DNA of 64,000 bases, taken from Nitrospinaceae bacterium. GTDB taxonomy: Bacteria; Nitrospinota; Nitrospinia; Nitrospinales; JACRGP01. Below are positions 19,279 through 27,012 of the stretch, one piece after another (position 1 is the first letter of the stretch; each line of letters opens with the position of its first letter). The stretch spans positions 44,786 to 108,785 of the forward strand of contig JAJDBB010000075.1 of the NCBI GenBank assembly GCA_029261555.1. Direction: 5' to 3'. Position numbers and translations under genes: made by a program. A model generated the notes under the pieces. That model was not told where the DNA came from. It did not search any database and saw nothing but the letters and a program-made list of their open reading frames with translations.

Positions 19279-21036
19279 TTAAAAGTCCTGAAACAATCCA
19301 CCAGCTCTCCAATCATCAAGGCCCGAGGCGGTACGCCCGGTGCCACCGCTCACACTAGATTCGAGACCAGAGGCCGCATTGAAATGACCGCCACTAACGC
19401 TGGATTCTTGGCCTGTGGCATTGTTACCATTCCCACCACTGACACTAGCGCGGCGTCCAACTGCGGAATTTTGAATTCCGCCACTGACGCTGGACTCCAC
19501 TCCAGAGGCGGCATTATCACTTCCGCCGCTGACGCTGGACCTGCTTCCGGAGGCGATATTAGTGATTCCCCCGCTGACGCTGGAAACTTCTCCGGAGGCG
19601 GTGTTAAATTGACCGCCACTGACGCTGGAACCACCTCCATCGGCACTACCATTGTCCCCCCCGCTGACGCTGGAATTAGTTCCGAAGGCTGTGTTAATAC
19701 TACCGCCGCTGACGCTAGCGAGGTCGCCGGAGGCGGAGTTTAAGACGCCGCCGCTGACGCTGGAAGCGGCGCCGCTAGCGTCTCCCCGGTCCCCGCCGCT
19801 GACGCTGGAATTAATTCCGGAGGCGGTGTTAACGCTTCCGCCGCTAACGCTGGAATTAATTCCGGAAGCAGTGTTTGATAAACCGCCGCCGACGCTGGCA
19901 AAATCGCCGATGGCCTGGTTGGCATCGCCGCCGTTAACGCTTGAGTTAAACCCAGAGGCGATGTTTCGGATCCCTCCGCTGATGCTAGCGAAATCGCCGG
20001 TGGCCTGGTTGCGTTGTCCATTCGTAACCGAGGCGTAAGTTCCCGACGACACGTTGTTCAGCCCGGCGACAATACCGCCATAACTGGAATAATTGAGTCC
20101 TTTACCTACAACCAGATTATGGGAACCGCTCTTGTCATTGGCAGGCAATCCACCGCCGAGGAACGGGAAAATATCCTCGTTGTAGCCGATAATTACGTTG
20201 CCGGTTCCGTTGACAATACCATTAGTATCGCCGGACCCATCAACAACCTGCAAATTCATACCGGTGAATAGCAGACGGTCGAAGCCGTTAGCGTCCGTGT
20301 CGCGCGTGACGCCGCTTAGACGGCCTTGCAGTTCAGTAATATCCGCTTCCACAAGAGTCAGATCCGCGGCCGCACCATCGGCTCCGTCAGCTCCATCGGC
20401 GCCATCGGCTCCTGCCGGGCCGGTCAATCCAATCGGCCCGATCAATCCTGGCGCTCCATCGGCGCCATCAGCTCCGTCTGAACCATTAGCTCCTGCAGGT
20501 CCGGTCAATCCAATCGGTCCAATCAATCCTTGTGCGCCATCTGCTCCATCAGCGCCGTCTGAACCATTAGCTCCTGCGGGTCCGGTCAAACCAATCGGTC
20601 CGATCAAACCTTGTGCGCCATCTGCTCCATCAGCGCCGTCTGAACCATTAGCTCCTGCGGGTCCGGTCAAACCAATCGGTCCAATCAATCCTTGCGCCCC
20701 GTCGGCTCCATCCGCTCCATCTGCGCCGTCATTCCCTGTTGGTCCTTGAGGTCCAGCGGGGCCTTGAGGGCCGGGCGTCAGTACTATGTTTTCCAATTGA
20801 GTTTGCAGGCTGGCCACCAAGGCTTCGAGTTCGGCGACACGATGCTTCAAGCCGTGTTTTTTCCCATGACCTTTTTTATCATCGTCGTCATCATCGTGGT
20901 CCTTATGTTTTTTCTTGGCGTACGCCACTCCGGTCCACTGGGGGTCGTCAATTACTAACCCCGCCCCCAGTTGCACGAACAAAAACAAAAACGCCAAGCC
21001 AAAAACCAGCGCCGATTTCTTCAATTGGACATTCAT
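19279..21036 (-). CDS. Secreted collagen-like / beta-repeat fibre protein, paralogue B (585 aa)
   Basis: N-terminal hydrophobic segment [21 protein letters not shown], charged box [22 protein letters not shown] and coiled coil [22 protein letters not shown] from aa 89 to 221 (20374-20772). Same neck as A, about 16 SSVSGG-type 15-mers and a C-terminal DDWRAGGLFQDF. Confidence 0.9.
   Translation of the reverse strand: MNVQLKKSALVFGLAFLFLFVQLGAGLVIDDPQWTGVAYAKKKHKDHDDDDDDKKGHGKKHGLKHRVAELEALVASLQTQLENIVLTPGPQGPAGPQGPTGNDGADGADGADGAQGLIGPIGLTGPAGANGSDGADGADGAQGLIGPIGLTGPAGANGSDGADGADGAQGLIGPIGLTGPAGANGSDGADGADGAPGLIGPIGLTGPAGADGADGADGADGAAADLTLVEADITELQGRLSGVTRDTDANGFDRLLFTGMNLQVVDGSGDTNGIVNGTGNVIIGYNEDIFPFLGGGLPANDKSGSHNLVVGKGLNYSSYGGIVAGLNNVSSGTYASVTNGQRNQATGDFASISGGIRNIASGFNSSVNGGDANQAIGDFASVGGGLSNTASGINSSVSGGSVNTASGINSSVSGGDRGDASGAASSVSGGVLNSASGDLASVSGGSINTAFGTNSSVSGGDNGSADGGGSSVSGGQFNTASGEVSSVSGGITNIASGSRSSVSGGSDNAASGVESSVSGGIQNSAVGRRASVSGGNGNNATGQESSVSGGHFNAASGLESSVSGGTGRTASGLDDWRAGGLFQDF
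20458..20700 (-). repeat. Three near-perfect 81-nt in-frame tandem repeats inside the collagen region of fibre gene B
   Basis: The marker gtctgaaccattagctcctgc recurs at 20476, 20557 and 20638 (period exactly 81). Each unit encodes [27 protein letters not shown] (27 aa, 9 G-X-Y triplets). Confidence 0.9.
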
Positions 21037-21128
21037 TTTACTTTCCCCCTCGGATGGTTCAAATATTGGAAAACATTTATAAAATCTCAGTCTAGGACTG
21101 CAAAAAACAAATACTTTCCTACGTATAA

Positions 21129-21157
21129 ATTAGAAAGCCATTGGCTCGTATTATCAA
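21129..21157 (-). promoter_or_regulatory. Putative sigma-70 promoter of fibre gene B (TTGATA-N17-TCTAAT)
   Basis: Minus strand reads TTGATAatacgagccaatggcttTCTAAT. It sits in a block conserved with the region upstream of fibre gene C (24122-24150). Confidence 0.4.
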
Positions 21158-21237
21158 TATCATAATTACCTCAAATGAGTCATAGAGTTATTCAAACCCC
21201 TTGGGAAAAAAGATCCGCGTGGACACAGCAATAGAAC

Positions 21238-21990
21238 TTATTGCTGTTCCGGGAACTGCGGGGGTTTGGGAAGATTGACCGCGTCGAGGTATTCCTGAAA
21301 GGCGGGATCGTCGTAGATATGCGGCGGGATAGGATAAATCTTGCGGGGAATCTCGGCAACCTCCTCCTCGCCATCCCCATCCCCATAGACGTCCAACCCG
21401 TATTTCTTCTTAAACTCGGGAGGAATGTCCACCTTGCTCTTCAATAAATAGTCCATGACCGCCGATTCCATAAAAATATGCGTCGGCAGTTTGGCCAGGG
21501 GGTGGTCGGGATAAATCTCTTCGGGTTTGGGCGGAGGCGGCGGGCGGACCCAACGTTTTTTGCGCTTGGACTTCCCGGAAAGGTCCAGCTTGGCCTGCGA
21601 TTGCCCGGACGCGTCGCCGGAAACAGCCTTCGACGGCGACGGGGCGGTTCCCGGCACGTACTGGCCAATACCGGTGATCCTGATCCGGCTCCCGGCGATT
21701 TTTTCGTTCCACAACTCGACCTTGGAAAAATCGCGCAACAATTTCTTCACAAGGGCTTTCCAGTCCGCCGCCTCAATTTCCACAGTGACGGGCGTCTCGT
21801 TTAACTCCTCGCGCAGGGAAAAGTCTATGCCACTTTGCTCGCCGATCGCTTGCAAAACTTTAGACAGCGGCTGGTCCACCGCATACAATTGGACCCTCCC
21901 ATGGTTCCGGGTCAGTTCAAAATTGTCGTCCCCAAAAACCGGAGCGGCGAACAAACAAACGCTGAAAATTATTAGAAACAACAGGCGCAT
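21238..21990 (-). CDS. Secreted fibre-partner protein, copy 2 (STN/FecR-C-like N-domain, Pro-rich linker)
   Basis: I place the start at the ATG at 21990 (MRLLFLIIFSVCLFAAPVFG signal peptide) by analogy with copy 1. The ORF track starts at an upstream TTG (22008). VDQPLSKVLQAIGEQSGIDFSLREELNETPVTVEI... and KKRWVRPPPPPKPEEIYPDHPLAKLP are nearly identical to copy 1. Confidence 0.8.
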   Translation of the reverse strand: MRLLFLIIFSVCLFAAPVFGDDNFELTRNHGRVQLYAVDQPLSKVLQAIGEQSGIDFSLREELNETPVTVEIEAADWKALVKKLLRDFSKVELWNEKIAGSRIRITGIGQYVPGTAPSPSKAVSGDASGQSQAKLDLSGKSKRKKRWVRPPPPPKPEEIYPDHPLAKLPTHIFMESAVMDYLLKSKVDIPPEFKKKYGLDVYGDGDGEEEVAEIPRKIYPIPPHIYDDPAFQEYLDAVNLPKPPQFPEQQ

Positions 21991-22026
21991 GGTTTTATTG
22001 TAACCCAATGCAAAAGTTAAAGGAAA

Positions 22027-22060
22027 AGCCGGGCGGGGGAAGACGATCCTCCGCCCGGCT
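22027..22060 (-). terminator. Rho-independent terminator-like hairpin between fibre gene C and partner gene 2
   Basis: Minus strand reads AGCCGGGCGGAGGATCGTCTTCCCCCGCCCGGCT (10-bp GC stem) followed by TTTTCCTTT. It lies 9 nt after the fibre stop and about 36 nt before the partner ATG. Confidence 0.7.
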
Positions 22061-22068
22061 AGTTGGAT

Positions 22069-24024
22069 TTAAAAGTCCTCAATCAAACTACCGGCCGCCC
22101 AGTCATAAGGAGCCGGGGCGAAACGCGTAAACCCTCCGCTGACGCTGGAAGCGTCGCCGATGGCGCTTCCCTGGTCTCCGCCGCTAACGCTGGAATTTAT
22201 CCCGGAGGCGGTATTTGAGCTTCCGCCGCTAACGCTGGATCTAATCCCGGAGGCAGTGTTCTGAAATCCGCCGCTAACGCTGGAACGGCTTCCAGAAGCG
22301 ACGTTAAGTTCTCCGCCGCTGACGCTTGAATTGTCGGAGGACGCGGTGTTAGCGCTTCCGCCGCTAACGCTGGAATTATTTCCGGAGACTGTATTAGAGC
22401 TTCCGCCACTGACGCTGGAATTAATTCCGAAGGCGGCATTTGTAAATCCCCCGCTGATGCTGGAACCGGGACCGGAGGAGAAGTTATCGGCCCCACCACT
22501 GACGCTGGAATAAAAATCGTCGGCTTCGTTTCGGAACCCGCCGCTGATGCTGGATTGAATGCCGGAGGCAGTGTTCTGAAATCCGCCGCTGACGCTGGAG
22601 TTAAGTCCAGAGGCAACGTTAAGTTCTCCACCGCTAACACTAGATTCAGTGCCCGAGGCGATATTAGAGATTCCGCCGCTGACGCTGGAGTTAAGTCCAG
22701 AGGCGACGTTAAGTTCTCCACCGCTAACACTAGATTCAGTGCCTGAGGCGGTATTAGAGAATCCGCCGCTGACGCTGGCAGAAGGTCCGGAAGCTGTGTT
22801 CGATGTTCCGCCACTGACACTTGAGGTAGGATGGGAAGCAATATTAAATGCCCCGCCGCTGATGCTGGATCCAAAATCGGAAGCGGCATTAGATACTCCA
22901 CCGCTGACGCTGGAAGCCTCGCTCCATGCGGTATTTAAACTCCCGCCACTGACGCTAGCGAAATTGTGGATGGCACGGTTGCGTTCGCCGCCGGTGACCG
23001 AGGCGTAATATCCCCCAGCAACGTTGTTCAGTCCGGCGACGATTCCGCCGTAGTAGGAATAATTGAGTCCTTTACCCACCACCAGATAGTGAGAACCGGA
23101 CTTGTCACTCGTCGGATTATTTCCGCGGAACGGGAAGATATCCTCGTTGTAGCCTATGATAACGTTGCCGACTCCGTTAACGACTCCATCGGTATCGCCA
23201 GAACCATCAACAACCTGCAGGTTCATGCCGGTGAACAGCAGACGGTCGAACCCGTTGACGTCCGTATCGCGCGTGACGCCGCTGAAACGGCCTTGCAATT
23301 CCGCGATATCCGCTTCAACAAGAGTCAAGTCCCCGCCGCCGGTACCCGCCGGACCCTCTGGTCCTATGGGACCAATCGGTCCAATGGGTCCTATCACTCC
23401 TTGAATACCCTGAGCTCCATCTGCTCCATCCGAACCATCAACTCCGTCGACTCCCGCCGGTCCGGTCAACCCAATCGGCCCGATCAATCCTTGTGCGCCA
23501 TCGGCTCCATCCGCTCCGTCCGATCCATCGGCTCCTGCCGGACCGGTCAAACCAATCGGTCCAATCAGTCCCTGTGCGCCATCGGCTCCGGCAGGTCCGG
23601 TCAAACCTATCGGTCCGATCAATCCTTGTGGTCCAGCGGGTCCAATAGGACCAACCGGCCCTATAGGTCCTTGTGCGCCATCGGTGCCATCGGCTCCATC
23701 AGTTCCATTCGTTCCCGCGGGACCCTGCGGTCCAGTTGGACCAGGATCGCCTTGAGGGCCGGGAGTCAGTTGGATATTATTCAGTTGAGTTTGAAGACTC
23801 GCGACAATATCCTGGAGTTGCGCGACGTTACGTTTCAATTTTTTTATCGTTCGATTTCCTTTTTTATCATCATCGTCATCGTCGTGGTCCTTGCCATTTT
23901 TCTTGGCGTACGCGACGCCGGTCCATTCGGGATCGTCAATGACAAGCCCGCTTCCCATCTGAACAAATAAAAACAGAAACGCCAGGCCAACTACCTGCAA
24001 CGATTTCTTCAATTGGATATTCAT
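22069..24024 (-). CDS. Secreted collagen-like / beta-repeat fibre protein, paralogue C (651 aa from the ATG at 24024)
   Basis: The start [42 protein letters not shown] aligns with the paralogue B start and follows the shared GAGGGGGAAGG RBS; the ORF-track start at 24117 adds 31 unsupported residues. Charged box [11 protein letters not shown] and a coiled coil follow. G-X-Y from aa 89 to about 230 (23335-23760), then the neck, about 20 SSVSGG 15-mers and a C-terminal [12 protein letters not shown]. Confidence 0.9.
   Translation of the reverse strand: MNIQLKKSLQVVGLAFLFLFVQMGSGLVIDDPEWTGVAYAKKNGKDHDDDDDDKKGNRTIKKLKRNVAQLQDIVASLQTQLNNIQLTPGPQGDPGPTGPQGPAGTNGTDGADGTDGAQGPIGPVGPIGPAGPQGLIGPIGLTGPAGADGAQGLIGPIGLTGPAGADGSDGADGADGAQGLIGPIGLTGPAGVDGVDGSDGADGAQGIQGVIGPIGPIGPIGPEGPAGTGGGDLTLVEADIAELQGRFSGVTRDTDVNGFDRLLFTGMNLQVVDGSGDTDGVVNGVGNVIIGYNEDIFPFRGNNPTSDKSGSHYLVVGKGLNYSYYGGIVAGLNNVAGGYYASVTGGERNRAIHNFASVSGGSLNTAWSEASSVSGGVSNAASDFGSSISGGAFNIASHPTSSVSGGTSNTASGPSASVSGGFSNTASGTESSVSGGELNVASGLNSSVSGGISNIASGTESSVSGGELNVASGLNSSVSGGFQNTASGIQSSISGGFRNEADDFYSSVSGGADNFSSGPGSSISGGFTNAAFGINSSVSGGSSNTVSGNNSSVSGGSANTASSDNSSVSGGELNVASGSRSSVSGGFQNTASGIRSSVSGGSSNTASGINSSVSGGDQGSAIGDASSVSGGFTRFAPAPYDWAAGSLIEDF
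22578..22757 (-). repeat. Two near-identical 90-nt in-frame tandem repeats in the beta-repeat region of fibre gene C
   Basis: gacgctggagttaagtccagaggc[ag]acgttaagttctccaccgctaacactagattcagtgcc occurs at 22591 and 22681 (period 90). Each unit encodes [30 protein letters not shown] (two 15-mers). Confidence 0.85.
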
Positions 24025-24121
24025 TTTACCTTCCCCCTCGGATGGTTCAGATATTGGATAAATTTTTATTCGTGAAAAACTGATGATAAATGCACGCTTA
24101 AGATGATAAATATACATTTAA

Positions 24122-24150
24122 AGTAGAAAGCCGTTGGACTGTATTGTCAA
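24122..24150 (-). promoter_or_regulatory. Putative sigma-70 promoter of fibre gene C (TTGACA-N17-TCTACT)
   Basis: Minus strand reads TTGACAatacagtccaacggcttTCTACT, about 95 nt upstream of the ATG. The surrounding block (agtagaaagcc.ttgg.ct.gtatt.tcaatat..taattacctcaaa) is conserved upstream of fibre gene B. Confidence 0.45.
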
Positions 24151-24333
24151 TATTTTAATTACCTCAAACAGGTCACATTCGTGTCACATTTATGACCGGT
24201 TTATAAATACAATTCAATTGCCTTGAAAATCCCCTTGTTATAGCGCCGGAATCGGAGATCCAAATAAAAAAAATTAAACTACTACCCGAGATTTCTAATT
24301 TGAAGTCTTCACCAACCCATGGAGTAGGTATGA

Positions 24334-24361
24334 TTGAGTAAACTCCAAATTTTGTTATAAT
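24334..24361 (+). promoter_or_regulatory. Putative sigma-70 promoter of aguB with extended -10 (TTGAGT-N16-TATAAT, TG at -15/-14)
   Basis: ttgagtaaactccaaattttgttataat ends 31 nt upstream of the aguB start. Confidence 0.45.
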
Positions 24362-24391
24362 TTACCGCTTTAACCCGCCCTTTGGGAAACT

Positions 24392-25279
24392 ATGAACATG
24401 GCAAATACAACCCAGGTCACTCTGGGCCTGATACAAACAACCTGCTCGCCTGAAAAGCAAAGCAACCTGGAGTCCGCCGAGAAACAGATTCGCGAAGCGG
24501 CCAGTCAAGGCGCGCAAATTATTTGCCTGCAGGAGTTGTTTCTCACTCGATACTTTTGCCAACGGGAGGACGCGGAGAATTTTGCCCTGGCGGAAACCAT
24601 TCCCGGTCCAGCGACTGACAAACTGTGCGCGCTGGCGAAGGAACTGGAAACGGTGATCGTCGCCCCTCTTTTTGAAAAGCGGACGCAGGGAATTTACCAC
24701 AACTCTGCCATTGTCATCGACTCCGACGGAACGGTCGCCGGGCGCTACCGCAAAATGCACATTCCGGACGACCCGGGGTTCCACGAAAAATTTTACTTCA
24801 CGCCGGGCGACCAGGGGTTCGTCAGCTTTCAGACCCGCTATGCGCGAGTTGGGGTTTTGATTTGCTGGGACCAATGGTTTCCCGAAGCGGCGCGATTGAC
24901 CGCGTTGTCTGGCGCGCAGATTCTTGTTTATCCCACCGCCATCGGTATTCGTCCGGAGGACCGCGAGGAGTCCGTTAAGCAAGCGGCGGCCTGGAAAACT
25001 ATTCAGAAAAGCCACGCTATCGCCAACGGTGTTTTTGTCGCCAGCGCCAACCGCGTGGGCCGGGAGGACGATATTGAATTTTGGGGGCAATCGTTTGTGT
25101 GCGACCCCTTTGGCGAACTGCTGGCCGAGGCGGGAGACGGCGGGGAAGAAATTTTGATCGCGCAATGCGATTTGGACCTCATCGAATCGACCCGCCAAAA
25201 CTGGCCGTTCCTGCGCGACCGACGCGTCGACGCCTACAAGGATATAGGGAAACTCTACCTTGACCCCGACGCCTCCTGA
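24392..25279 (+). CDS. aguB: N-carbamoylputrescine amidase (carbon-nitrogen hydrolase family)
   Basis: Nitrilase-superfamily Glu/Lys/Cys contexts (ICLQELF, YRKMHIPDDPGFHEKFYF, VLICWDQWFPEAAR). Immediately followed by agmatine deiminase. The 278-aa antisense ORF (24362-25198) has no motif support. Confidence 0.9.
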   Translation: MNMANTTQVTLGLIQTTCSPEKQSNLESAEKQIREAASQGAQIICLQELFLTRYFCQREDAENFALAETIPGPATDKLCALAKELETVIVAPLFEKRTQGIYHNSAIVIDSDGTVAGRYRKMHIPDDPGFHEKFYFTPGDQGFVSFQTRYARVGVLICWDQWFPEAARLTALSGAQILVYPTAIGIRPEDREESVKQAAAWKTIQKSHAIANGVFVASANRVGREDDIEFWGQSFVCDPFGELLAEAGDGGEEILIAQCDLDLIESTRQNWPFLRDRRVDAYKDIGKLYLDPDAS

Positions 25280-26327
25280 GCCGCCCTTCCCCGCCGGGCT
25301 GGGGTATTACATGCCGGCGGAGTGGGAACCTCATTCTGCCACCTGGCTGACCTGGCCGCACAATCCCGAAACCTGGCCGGGCGTAAACCTGGCGGAAATT
25401 GAATCGGCGTACGTCCGTATGATCGGCGCCTTATGCGGCGGCGAACGTATTTGCATTCTGGTCAACGACGCGGAAACGTCGCAAGCGGTTACGGCAAAAC
25501 TTTTGGCGGGAAACCTGCCTCTGCAAAATATTGATCTGCACGTCGTCCCCACTAACGACGCCTGGATACGCGACTACGGACCCAATTTCCTTATAAATCC
25601 TGAAGGTCCCGACAGCGTCGCCTTTAATAAGTGGGGATTCGATTCCTGGGGCGGAAAATATGAATACGACTTGGACGATCGAGTCGGCCACGTCCTGAAA
25701 AATTTGCTGAGCGTTCCGGCGTTTGACCCCGGAATTGTTTTTGAGGGCGGCGCAGTGGAGGTCAACGGCAATGGAACCTGTCTCGTCACGGAAGAATGTT
25801 TGCTGAATAAAAACCGCAACGGCGGATTGAGTCGGGAGGTTATGGAAACGTATTTAAAAAACTACCTCGGCGTTCGGCAGGTAATCTGGCTTCATGGCGA
25901 CTTGCAGGGGGACGATACGGACGGGCACATCGACAATCTAGCGCGTTTTGTAAATCCAAATACCATTCTGTGCGCGTTGCAGGAAGACCCCGCCGACCCT
26001 GATTATTCCTGCCTGCAAGAAAATTTTAGAATTTTAAAATCCGTGCTCGACCCGGATGGAAAACCTTTTGACGTGGTTCCGCTCCCCATGCCAAAAGTAG
26101 AGAGCGGAGGCGAAATGCTTCCGGCCAGTCATGCCAATTTTTATATCGGGAACGAGGCGGTTTTACTGCCGATATACGGCGGGGACAGCGACGACAAGGC
26201 CGCCGCGCTGCTGGAGAAATTTTTTCCAGATCGCAATGTGGAACGGATTGACTGCCAATCTTTGGTTATAGGACTGGGCGCCGCGCATTGCCTCACGCAA
26301 CAACAGCCTGCTAGTCCAAAAACTTAG
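25260..26327 (+). CDS. aguA: Agmatine deiminase
   Basis: MPAEWEPH, TDGHIDNLARF and the catalytic-Cys C-terminus GLGAAHCLTQQQP. The start is either the TTG at 25260 (overlapping aguB) or the ATG at 25311. Confidence 0.9.
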   Translation: MTPTPPEPPFPAGLGYYMPAEWEPHSATWLTWPHNPETWPGVNLAEIESAYVRMIGALCGGERICILVNDAETSQAVTAKLLAGNLPLQNIDLHVVPTNDAWIRDYGPNFLINPEGPDSVAFNKWGFDSWGGKYEYDLDDRVGHVLKNLLSVPAFDPGIVFEGGAVEVNGNGTCLVTEECLLNKNRNGGLSREVMETYLKNYLGVRQVIWLHGDLQGDDTDGHIDNLARFVNPNTILCALQEDPADPDYSCLQENFRILKSVLDPDGKPFDVVPLPMPKVESGGEMLPASHANFYIGNEAVLLPIYGGDSDDKAAALLEKFFPDRNVERIDCQSLVIGLGAAHCLTQQQPASPKT

Positions 26328-26335
26328 TGCGCCCT

Positions 26336-26872
26336 TTAGTTTTCGTTTAGTTTTTCTAAAAACTCAACTGGGTTTTTGAGGCTTGCCAGAACGACGAAGT
26401 CTCTTGTAGGTAGGTATAGTACTTTCTCGGGTTTCGTAACCAGCAAAAAAGCCTTTTCCCGGTTCCTCAATATAAACCAACCGGCCTTTAAAGTGGGCGC
26501 GCCAGTGCCGCCTGTCCGGACAACGGGTTGTAACGACCGCTCTTGGTCAAGATTCACGACCCTTGCTTCATCGAGTCTTAAGTCCGACAGTAAAATTTCC
26601 GGACTGCCCCAGCCCGCATGAATCACCAACGCTTGAGGAGTTATTTCCAACGTGGCCGTTTCCTGCTGATAAACAAGCCATCCCCCCATCATCAGCCCCA
26701 TAAAAGAAAAAGGCAAAATAAAACGAAGCGCCAAAACCCGCCATTTCCCCTTAACCGGATCATTCGATTCCTGAGCCATTTTTAAATAACCAAGGATCAT
26801 AACGAATCCGCCTAAAACAAAAACAGCGTAAAGCCACCACAGGCCTTCTGCAGGATAAATTCCGAAACTCAC
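26336..26872 (-). CDS. Membrane protein with bacterial PH-like C-terminal domain
   Basis: Two N-terminal TM helices, then a ~110-aa soluble domain (LEITPQALVIHAGWG...IDEARVVNL...GWFILRNREKAFLLVT...VLYLPT) resembling bPH-type domains. No catalytic motif. Confidence 0.6.
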   Translation of the reverse strand: MSFGIYPAEGLWWLYAVFVLGGFVMILGYLKMAQESNDPVKGKWRVLALRFILPFSFMGLMMGGWLVYQQETATLEITPQALVIHAGWGSPEILLSDLRLDEARVVNLDQERSLQPVVRTGGTGAPTLKAGWFILRNREKAFLLVTKPEKVLYLPTRDFVVLASLKNPVEFLEKLNEN

Positions 26873-27012
26873 AATGGTTTCTCCACCTGAGATTTAAGAT
26901 TGCAGGTTTAAATAGCTTCGATGGCGCCGTTGAGCCTGGGACGCTGGGAGGAAGGTAAAAGAAGACTTAGAAAGGAACAACCTCCGATTTACATATGAAA
27001 TCAGAGGGTTTA

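Noticed and set aside
17700-23800. Strong short-period DNA periodicity that could be mistaken for a CRISPR array or satellite.
   Set aside because: The periods (9, 45, 81 and 90 nt) are multiples of three and lie inside long open frames. There are no unique spacers of constant length, no leader and no cas genes.
17677-23970. Long plus-strand ORFs across the fibre genes (e.g. 17677-17991, 19652-20038, 20198-20749, 22649-23008, 22966-23970) with repetitive PPLTLE / PSAPSAPS peptides. Also the alternative minus-frame ORFs 19350-19652, 19740-20021 and 22197-22901.
   Set aside because: They are mirror or shifted frames of the G-X-Y and SSVSGG coding repeats. They have no start context, signal peptide or motif of their own. 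The fibre frame alone gives a coherent signal peptide, coiled coil, collagen and repeat architecture conserved in three paralogues.
16748-24150. Diversity-generating retroelement or phage tail-fibre cassette as an explanation for the repetitive fibre genes.
   Set aside because: There is no reverse transcriptase, template repeat, tail, baseplate or lysis gene in or near the locus. The variability is in repeat copy number, not adenine-specific substitution. A distant evolutionary link to tail fibres remains possible.
24362-25198. 278-aa minus-strand ORF antisense to aguB. Similar long antisense ORFs are 7967-8827 (ftsH), 9431-10135 (tilS), 13999-14766 (mfd), 29054-29614 (rhodanese), 33081-33665 (bEBP), 35315-35854 and 35930-36640 (ahcY), 41139-42788 (USP fusion) and 43334-44290 (M16).
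   Set aside because: In each case the opposite strand encodes a protein with unambiguous family motifs. The antisense translations are Arg/Gly/Leu-rich with no motifs, the usual artefact of mid-to-high GC coding DNA.
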